From: Callorhinchus milii
Lineage: Eukaryota
Length of the DNA stretch: 64,000 bases
Assembly: GCF_018977255.1 (NCBI RefSeq)
Contig: NW_024704746.1
Location: 62,186,001 to 62,250,000 of the forward strand
Direction: 5' to 3'
Shown here: in pieces, positions 1-9,000 of the stretch
Layout: each line of letters starts with the position of its first letter
How positions within the stretch are numbered: the stretch's first letter is position 1
Translations under genes and position numbers: made by a program
The notes under the pieces: model-generated
What the model was told of the DNA's origin: nothing
Databases searched by the model: none
What the model saw: only the letters and a program-made list of their open reading frames with translations

Positions 1-19
1 CCCCATCGCCATCGTCACC

Positions 20-595
20 GTCCTCCTCCTCCTCCTCCTCGCATTCGATCCCGGTCCCTCGTCATCGCCATCGAGACGTCCCGTCAGCGCTTCTCAGGGT
101 GAAGGCGAAGTGACCCGGGTACGAGGCTCCGGCACTGCCTTCCTCACTCGCTCCCTCCCTCGTTCAGGTCTCTGCTGAAGACCCTTCTTACCGACCGCGC
201 CTTCGGTCACCTTTCCCCCCTCCCCCCACCCCCACCCCTCCCCCCGGGATCCATTACTGAGAAGCGCTCTGAGACGCCGTCCGGCGCGGAGGGCGCTATA
301 TAAATCCAAGCTGTTGTTGTATTTTGCGGGCGGTTGCGCCCCGGCCCCCAGCGTCCCCCGCAAACAGCCCCACAGGTGGATGGAGCGACCACTTCATGAC
401 CGTTTTTGTTTTCAACAGGAATTATTACCACCGGAAAAGTGACCCGAACGACCGGGTTCCTGCCGACTGCGAGGGTAAGCAGAGGCGTGTGCGTGGCGTA
501 AGGGAACTTGCCCAACGTTTCGTCCCGACCGAGGAATCGAACCCACGTCTCTCACGCAGCGAAGCGAGCGCTCTAACCACTGAGCGACAGGACAT
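20..595 (-). mobile_element. tRNA-derived SINE (long subfamily), GC-shifted, split by an L2 fragment
   Basis: Head with A and B boxes at about 595-520, body to about 322, 3' part resumes at about 115-20. Confidence 0.75.
125..321 (+). mobile_element. L2 LINE 3' end nested in the SINE, GC-shifted
   Basis: Reads PSFRSLLKTLLTDRAF (L2 ORF2 C-terminus-like), followed by the tail aagcgctctgagacg...ggcgctatataaatccaagctgttgttg. Confidence 0.7.
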
Positions 596-683
596 TCAAT
601 TGGTTTGTTATCGAACGCTAATAATCTTTATATTTGATCTCGCCGTCAGCTTGGCTGTTGGTAGCACAGTGGCCTCTTGAGTA

Positions 684-1185
684 AGAACAACTACTTGCAC
701 TTATATAGCGTCCTCCACGCAGGTTAGCGTCTCAGAGCGCCTAACAGTGGCAGAGCCTGACTCCGAGCCGGGGGGGGGGGGGGGGGGGAGTGGGCGGTAA
801 GCACAGTTGAAGAGAAAAGTTTTCAGGTGGGATTTGAAAGGAGCGAGAGGAGCAAGGCAGAGGGATTGAGGGAGAATGTTCCAGAGTTTTTTTGGGGGGA
901 TGTAGTGGCCGAAAGTATGATCTCCAATGGCGGGATGGAGGGTGCGAGGGCGAGCAGGAGGCCTGTGCCAGTTGAGTGAAAGTGCCGGCTGGTGGATTGG
1001 GGAGTGAGGAGGTCGGAGAAATAGGGCGGTGCCAGAGAGTGAAGGGATTTGAACATGAGTGTGAGGATCTTGAAGTCGAACCGTTCGGTAATGGGGAGCC
1101 AGTGGACCCGGGGCCAGATCTGGTGAGATGTGGGTACAGAGTTTGGTCCGGGTTAGTATGCGGGCGGAAGAGTTTTACAGTAGTT
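684..1185 (-). mobile_element. L2 LINE 3' fragment
   Basis: ORF 823..1056 reads FKSLHSLAPPYFSDLL; 3' tail near 684-745. Confidence 0.85.
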
Positions 1186-1262
1186 TATTTAATAAGAACA
1201 GCAAAGTCTGTACTCTGGATTTTTTTTTACTATTAAAATAAATGGTATCACAACGTTTTGGT

Positions 1263-1590
1263 CAACAAGACAAGAAGATTGCATTTATACAGCACCTTTC
1301 ACGTCGGGAGGACGTCCCAAGGCGCTGGACAGTTGGGTCGGGTCCCGAGCAGGGGGGAAACGGTCAGGGTGAGGGGAGGGAGCGAGGAGGGGGTAGAGAG
1401 TCGAGAGGGGAGCTGAAGGCATGGTCGAAGAGAAAGGTCTTGAGACCGGCCTTGAAGGAGGAAAGGGAAGAAGCGGCGAAGGCACTGGGGGATAGAGTTT
1501 CCAGAGCCTAGCGGCTGAGAGCCCAGCCATCGATGGTAGGGCGGTTAGGGCGGGGGATGTGGAGCAGACCGGAGCCAAGCTGGAGTTTGG
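1263..1590 (-). mobile_element. Young L2 LINE 3' end
   Basis: Tail gcgccttgggacgtcctcccgacgtgaaagg; near-identical to the copies at 24545 and 54034. Confidence 0.9.
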
Positions 1591-1604
1591 GACACGACAT
1601 GTGT

Positions 1605-1685
1605 ATGTAACTGACAGGATGGTGGAAGACAAACTGGATGGACCTTGGCCTTCTTTTGCTTAGCAAATTCTTATGTTCTTACATC
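1605..1685 (+). mobile_element. CR1-type LINE 3' terminus
   Basis: ggatggaccttggcc...aaattcttatgttctta; the same end occurs reversed at 24320 and 36170. Confidence 0.65.
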
Positions 1686-2699
1686 CTAAGGCTGTGGGTT
1701 CAAGCTCCACATTTGTGCCCTTGAAGTCTAGGCTGACACTCCAATGCAGTTCCTGGAGGTGCTGTCGTTCAGGTGGACGTTAAGTAGCCCACAGCACGAG
1801 TTTCTCCTGGTGTCCTGGCTGACAATTCACCTCATGGTTGTTTGTTGGACATTGCGGTGTGCAACGTAGCAGCTACCTTTGCCTGCAAAGGGGCTCCGGG
1901 ATGGAGTTCCAAGGGGTGGGTGCAGAAATGTTAAAGACCCGACCTCCGATGATGGAGAGGACAGGGCGAGGTGGTGGAGCAGGCCAAGTGTCACGTTTGG
2001 ACTTTGACCTCACAAGTCGAGGCTGACAATATATCCTGGAAAGCACTTTGAGGTGACCTCTTGACATGAAAGATGCTCTAATGTATAATAATCCTTGCAT
2101 TTGATTTCACATCATCAAGACCTCTCCAGGTATGTTGGAGGATTTTATTGGACTGTATTTGTAGGTAAATATGGCAATTAATCTTAAATTTAATTGACAT
2201 TTGTCAGGCTCTCCAAGCAGACAACGGTGTTACAGTGAAAATCGCTGTCTCTTCACAGGTTACGATTAGCTGTCCACACAACATGGTCAACTCTAGCAAT
2301 AGGAATCCGAGAGTGACAACTCCTGGGAGTGATCAATAACAGAGTGTGGGAACAGTAATTGACAACTAGATATTTTTTTAAAATCCAGATACAACAACAA
2401 ATTACATTTGTACAGTCGGGAAGGCGTCCCAGGGAGCTGGGTGTTTAGTGTATACCAACAGTGCATAGCATTTTTTTTTAAATGGTCATTTCACAAGAGC
2501 AAGTTCTACAAATAATTTTCATTAACGTGTACCAATTTGCAAGAAAGGGAATAAGTGCCAAAAGACAATCAAATGAAAATTAACTGATTATCTATATTTT
2601 ACTGTACATTCGTTTTGATTAACCGGAAAAAAGGTATTAAGCACTTTGTGTATGGGTGAAGATTCCACACGTGAAAATAGTGAATGAACAGGGTCAGTT

Positions 2700-2705
2700 T
2701 TTATT
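2700..2705 (-). terminator. Candidate distal poly(A) signal AATAAA of an extended PTPN12 3' UTR
   Basis: tttatt on the + strand, with TGTA motifs upstream on the minus strand, near the end of a repeat-free AU-rich tract. Other AATAAA sites at 3508-3513 and 4180-4185. Confidence 0.4.
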
Positions 2706-5039
2706 TTATACATTCACAGTACATTTAGTTTACTGCTGCATAATAACAATTTCACATCAGGAAACTAAAACAGATTGTGGATCTACAAATGTTAGTGTGC
2801 ATCTATAGTGCTTTCAATGGAAACTGTTGTGAAATGCAATCATCAAGTCAAAGATTTCATTCTACAGATAAAATGCAGATACTGAAAGAAATATTGGCAT
2901 GGTACAGTAGTTCTGAAAGGGTTTCTTTCTGGATTTCATAAACCTTCTAGTCATCACATCCCAGTTTCAGGGTTGTCAGAATTCGTGAATTCAGTTCAGC
3001 AATTAGATTTTACTGTACTTTTATAATTGATACACTTTAAATAACCCATTTTCAGTTTCAGCTTTTAAAACAAATATTCTATCAAAATAAAGCAATGGTA
3101 TAAAGTTATGCAGGGCTATCCTGATAACTGCATGTAATCCATCAAATTTTATAATTTTTACAAATGACGAAGTGAAAACTACTGCTAAGATGCAAAATAG
3201 ATTTTTCAAAAACATGCATTACAACTGTGTTAAAGTGTGTTGGAAAATAATTGTATAGTTGTCCATAGGAAGGAAGGCAATAACAAAAGCCTGTATCTGA
3301 AGTTCTGGAAAAACAGAGATGCAAGATTGATTATTGTTAACAGTATTGGCTTTGATGATTCCTTGTTAAAGTGATGCTGTAAATGTGAATGTATTCATTC
3401 AGCTATTGTATGTACTCTGAAATAAGATCGCGACCGAACGTTGACTTGTTCTAGTTATAAGGCTCCAGTAGGAATTTCACTTTTTTTAAAAATAAACCAT
3501 TAGCTTGTTTATTAATATCTACCATCCCCAAAACTAGATTGCCAGCTTCATTTTAAAACAAACCTTTCACACTACTCACTGGGCAATCCATTACATTACT
3601 TAACTACAATCTTAGTTATGATGTACAATCTCAAGAAAACATTATTCGCAAACCTGAATTTTGTGGTGAAAATTAATACTGAAAAATAAGCTTGCTATAC
3701 AACTAGCTGCAACAGGGTTTAAAAGCTTAATTGCGGTTTTGAAAACGGATGTCATTTAATCTAAGGTATTGCAATTCAATTATCCCTACATTTATCCTAC
3801 TCAAGACAAACTCATTAAAATGTGTTTTGGCTGAGAATTTATATCTTCAAAAGTAAATCCTAAAACCTCAGAGTATAACACCATCTACAATCTTTTAAAC
3901 ATTCAGTGTGCCTCCAACAATTAATTCATGTTTTTGACCTCGCTCCAGGCTGACAATTAATTGGGCTACTTCTATGACAGAATTGTCTTTTAAACTTCCA
4001 TTGCCTGACACGTGGTCAGGCTAGTTTGTCATTTAAAATAGTTAAGAAAGTTTCTACCACGACTGGAAGTTAGATAAAATTTTAACAGATTGGAGGTAGG
4101 TAAAATAGGAAGATAATAAAACCAAGATAATGGATAAAATGGTTAAAACAAGTTTTGACTGTTGGAATAGCTATTATGTTTTATTCAAAGGTTAGCTGAA
4201 AACTTGCACGATCAACTGGCACCTTGAGACGATGTCTCAAAAATGAAAAAAAACAAAGAATTCTGATCAACATTTTAATTAAAAAAAAACTATTGTAGAT
4301 AACTTGGTTCTGATTGAAAGGCGTCCTGAAGCTGACCGTTTGGGTCCAAACGTATCCAATAGCTTATGTCAATTCAATTCCCTCACATTGTTGGGATATG
4401 TAGTGGTAACTCAGCTCAGCATCTGTTTGTAACAAAAGTTTTCAAAACAGAAGTAGACTAAAACAATTAATTTAATTAACTATTAGTATATTTTTGAAAG
4501 TTTAGTGGCGAATCCCATTTTAAATTGCCACCTGTGACACATTATTATTATAGCATATGGTAAAACAAATACAAATACACCCTCCTGTTTCACCACTACA
4601 GTTTAATGATATATTGATCATTCAGCTTGTTCCCATCCAATGAATTGTAGATCACTTAATGTTACTTTAAACTCATCTTTCCATTGTGAAGATTAAATAA
4701 CAAATATAAATTTAAAGAGATAACAAATAACCAAATAGTTCATGAAGTGCTAATATTCCATGTTGGCAGACAGCTTATCTGAGATTTGACCTCTAATTCC
4801 TATAACTGTAATAACATTTTGTGGAAAATATAATGACTTCTAGAGGCATTGTGAGACAAGTAGAAAATTATTTGTAGCCCTTTTTTTTAAAAAAAGCAAG
4901 AATGCTGCTCATTCACACTTACATAATGGCGTGATTAAGAAATTAAAACTTATCTAAACATAACATTTGAACAGTTTGATAGGTGACTCAACAAAGCAAG
5001 AAGCCATTATGCGTTTGAATCCTTAGAAGCAACACAACA

Positions 5040-5965
5040 AACTAGTTTGCTTAAAGATCTTTACTGACAGGTCAATACAACGTAAAATACAGGTCTTTTT
5101 GTGGCTGATAGTCTTCTTGCCCCAAACGTGCACATGCACAAACAAAATGCATGTGTGATGTTAACAGAACTGCATACTGTTCGAAGGCACTTACTAAATT
5201 CAAGGCCGAATGAACAACAAATCAAAGCGGGATTGGTTATTAACACAGCATATAATATAAAAATATCCTTTTGCTTACAATTTACAAATGTATTATTACA
5301 ATCTCAACCCCTGTTAAACTGCAAGCTGGCTGCTCATTTCCAGCAGTTAAGAACACCTGAAAGAATTATTTTCTATAACTTCAGGGCAAATAATTTACAA
5401 AAATGGTACACAAAAAAGTTTTAGATCATGCACAGATTTCTTACATCTTCTGTTAAGAATATTTAATGCCTGCAACATTGTCAATTATATACCTACCTGC
5501 CCTGTACATTTATAAAAGAGTAATGCACATAGTCATAGTTTCTGCAAGTTAGCAAAGAATAACTGTCCACAGACTCCCTATTTATACTTATTTTACTGTA
5601 TTAATATACAATCCTACAAGCAGTGTAACAAATTCCACAAAAAATTAAGGCCTGTAATACTTTCTGCAGACTTTCTTTACGTCTTAATACTTTTCTGAAG
5701 TGTGAAGTAAGGCAGGTAAAAATGGTCCCAGCAGAGAGAGATTTAGCACCGAAATCCACACCCTCGGAAGGTTCTTTATTTAGCAAGTTACAATAGTTGT
5801 GAAACATGTACCATTCTGCAACTGAAGAGACGTCTAAATTGCTCTTGCTTGGTTAGTAAAGAAAGATTGTGTTTAGTGAGTGCGAATATTTTTTGTATCT
5901 ATTCAGTCCTTTAGTGGCACTTGGACGATACGCGGGTACTATGGTCCACCTGAACATCTGCTCCA
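5040..5965 (-). other. PTPN12: PTPN12 proximal 3' UTR
   Basis: Follows the stop codon; AU-rich and repeat-free; candidate variant poly(A) signal AGTAAA at 5065-5060. The 3' end is approximate. Confidence 0.7.
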
Positions 5966-6027
5966 TCATGTCCACTCAGAAGGGGGATCTCTTGGTCCTT
6001 TGGGCTTTGTGTAGCGATTATTGAAGC
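5966..6027 (-). CDS. PTPN12: PTPN12 exon 18 coding part: (G)[19 protein letters not shown]
   Basis: tttgcAG acceptor; C-terminal homology (CTH) motif; TGA at 5968-5966. Confidence 0.97.
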
Positions 6028-9000
6028 CTGCAAATCAGGGACAAACAACCATTTGTCAGCTGGCATTCTCCATGAAGCTTTTATAATAGACTACTTGCTT
6101 GTACGTAAACTCATAACATGAGTAATGTTCAGTGACATAGTGAAAATAAATTGTTTCCAAATAGGACATACGTCCGTCCAACTAATTCTTTAATGTGGAG
6201 TCCTGTAGCTCAGTGGTTAGAGCACTCGCTTTGCAAGTGAGAGACCTGAGTTCAATTCCAGGCAGAGGGCGAAACCTTGGGCAAGTTTCCTTACTCCACA
6301 CAGAGCCTAATAATAATCCCTCCAAAACCAAAAACAATAATAAATTGGTCATTTTCAATCAACGACTGTTTGTGGGACATTGCTGTGCGCAATTGGCTGC
6401 CGCGTTCGCCCACAAATATACAGTCAATTCACTTTACAGTGTGTTCTGTGAAGCGCTTTGGGACGTCCTCCCGACGTGAAAAGCGCTATATCAAATGCAA
6501 GGATTATTATTATTATTATTATTAATGGGACCCGACGAGAGTCGGCTGGTTTGTGTTAAGCTCATTGAACAAGCAACAATTTCAAAAATGTTGCCACTTT
6601 GACTCAATTGTGTGCAAATGTGATCATTTTGACAATCTTTTTTAATTTTCAAAAACATGCAGTTGTTTGTACTGAGTCAAAACAAACTACAGTTTCTGAA
6701 CTGTGCAGTTTCCTGGATCGTGACCGGGCTACCAGTAAAGTTTCTTCAAACGGTTTCACAATTCCTATGTTGGGAGAGGGGAAAAAGTGGCAATAAATTC
6801 AATGAATGTATGTAGGATTGAGCTCAGCTGTGATGCTCCCCCACACTCGAATACTTTGAACTCAATGAATAGACTCGCACATGAAAAATCACCCGTATCA
6901 GGGCTCTTGACCTTTCCTTCTCACTTGAGTCGTTTTCTGGCTAATAACAGTCCTTGCATTTGATATAGCGCCTCATTGCAAAGGCACGGTCTAAGAGGAG
7001 GGTCTTGAGAGTCTCACATGAATCTGACGTGTGCCTTGTTTTGCCCCGTGGAAGTAAATAAAGTCTTTTTGAACTTTTGATTTCCTGAATTCATACGAAT
7101 ATGTCGTAGCATTGAAAATTCAGGTGCAATTCTCAAAAATCACATTGATGATACTATTTATTGTCAGATTTAGGTTGTGATTGTGACAGTAAGACGAGAA
7201 ACAGAAAATGAGCAATCACTCTTCCCACCATATCCGTTAATTTGCGAAAGGCTAGTTCCTTTCTGGCTTGGTGTTTTCATGCATGTCGGTTCTTGCACAA
7301 CAATATTTCATTGCAGAGCCACCACAAGCCAGGCTTACAGCAAAATTAGTTTGGAGGAAGTTTTAAAATGATCCAGGAATGAAGTTCACATTACAGTGGT
7401 AAATGAGCACATTGATAGTACGGGGTGATCAAAAAGTCTTATTTTTCAAACTATTATCTAAAAAAAACATTTCTTTACGACTTATTAGATATTGCAATGG
7501 AATCACGACTTCTTGGTCACCCTTTAGATATACAATTGCTTGCAGTTCTCCACTCTGTCCTAGCTGGGACCAAGCTCTAAACATCTGACCCTACAGTCTG
7601 AATCTGTTACTTGGCCACGACTCAACCAGTAACACTGCATATTGCATCGGCGCAGCAACTTTGAAAACTTTTGCTTAATGTGGTAAAACCCAATGGAGTG
7701 CCTACTGATTGCAAGACTTAAGAGGCAAGAGAAATTTCTCGAATTCTATTAATGGAAAAGAAAATTCCAGAAACATTTTCCTTTACAGTATTTTCCCAAA
7801 CAGAACCAAAAAATACTTACAACATGAAAATGCCATGTTTACAGGTTTCTTACTCCTTACTAGTCTGGTGACTTGTTACTGAATGAGTACCATTCACCCC
7901 AGAGTTCCTCAAGTCCTTAATGGCAAAGGAAACCTTTAGACAGTACAGGAAATGAACAACTCAAAGAAAGAGCTGGATGTTTTGGCATACACAGCCAGAA
8001 TTCTTTGCCCGTGATTGGGATTGGGTAGTGCAAATATTCACACAGGGTAGTGGAAATACTCAATGTCTCCTCTCTCCCCCCACCGCTGAGATCTCTCATC
8101 AAAGTAGCCAAGCAGAATAGACATCGAACACCAACGATCCTTTATTCACAAGAATTTCTCACTAGGTATTTTGTGTGCAGATTGTCTTAAAGGGACTCTC
8201 CAGATTATAGAAAAACAATCGGGTACTTTCTTTGAGAGGGTACCTCATCAACAGAATTGTACAAAAGTAAACTGGTTAAAAATTATTAGCATCAACTCTA
8301 ATAACGCGAAAGATGTTAATGCTGGTCATGGAACTGATTTGCCTTTTCTAACGCCGCATCAAGTACCATGCAACACAATAACTGTGAATTAGAGGCAGAT
8401 TAAAACTCCTACACTGTTCAAATAAACAACACAATTCCTTTAAAAACACATCTTCTACTTCACTAATGTGACATTTCATCACCCACCCAACCAAACCATC
8501 TTCATGTTCCAGTCAATTTGAAAAAGTGAACTAAATTTGCATGGAGTGTGTTAATGGACAAGGAAGGTATAAAATAGTTTGATTAACAATACTGTGTAGT
8601 GGCAAGATGTCACAGTATGTTCAAACCATACCATACCAGGGAATGGTAATTCACATGACAGCTGCATCTCAGCTGGGCTGTCCAGGAGGCAAAAAACAGA
8701 TGATCCTCGCACCCCAACCATCACCACCAAGGGGAAAGTTGGAAACATATGGTATGGATGTCTTGTTTCTCCAAAGGCACAGTTAGTTTTGCGTCTCCCA
8801 ATGGTCAGCTATAGAGTAATGCTGGTGGCAGCCCTGAGTACAGAATGGTAGCTTAGCTGAGAATGTTTAATAAAATCTTTGTACAATCAATAATTTTGTT
8901 GTGGGACAGAATTAAGTTATTAACACATATCAGCTCAGGGTGGGGAAACACCACAGACTTCAGCGCTTCGCTGACGTTTCTCAATAAATACCCTTTAGGC

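Larger units (their letters stand above)
1..660. promoter_or_regulatory. Edge of a CpG island, probably the promoter island of the next gene to the left (RSBN1L by human synteny; inference only)
   Basis: GC- and CpG-rich compared with the CpG-poor remainder of the window. No RSBN1L coding sequence is recognisable here. Confidence 0.5.
645..2100 (+). mobile_element. Old DeuSINE-type element split by nested LINE fragments (head about 645-685, body about 1689-1878, tail about 2040-2085)
   Basis: ggtagcac...cctcttgagtaagaa | ggctgtgggttcaag...taggctgacactccaatgcag...caggtggacgttaa...ctggtgtcctggc; collinear with the uninterrupted copies at 39900 and 59985. Confidence 0.65.

Noticed and set aside
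1-363. ORF 94..363 and ATG GCG ATG GGG at 12-1 as a possible first exon of RSBN1L
   Set aside because: No recognisable RSBN1L sequence. The region is explained by GC-shifted SINE and L2 remnants, and the 'TATA box' near 297-304 is part of the L2 tail.
769-788. Poly-G or poly-C runs (also about 20372-20389 and 42074-42090) as G-quadruplex elements
   Set aside because: Simple homopolymer expansions, two of them inside repeats, with no evidence of function.
6198-6272. tRNA-Ala-like sequence with A and B boxes (many copies)
   Set aside because: It is always followed by the SINE body and tail, and the stems are imperfect. This is a SINE head, not a tRNA gene.
6195-6525. Recurrent ORFs [11 protein letters not shown]..., [11 protein letters not shown]... 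and ...GRPPDVK...
   Set aside because: Translations of SINE and L2 copies, not a protein family.
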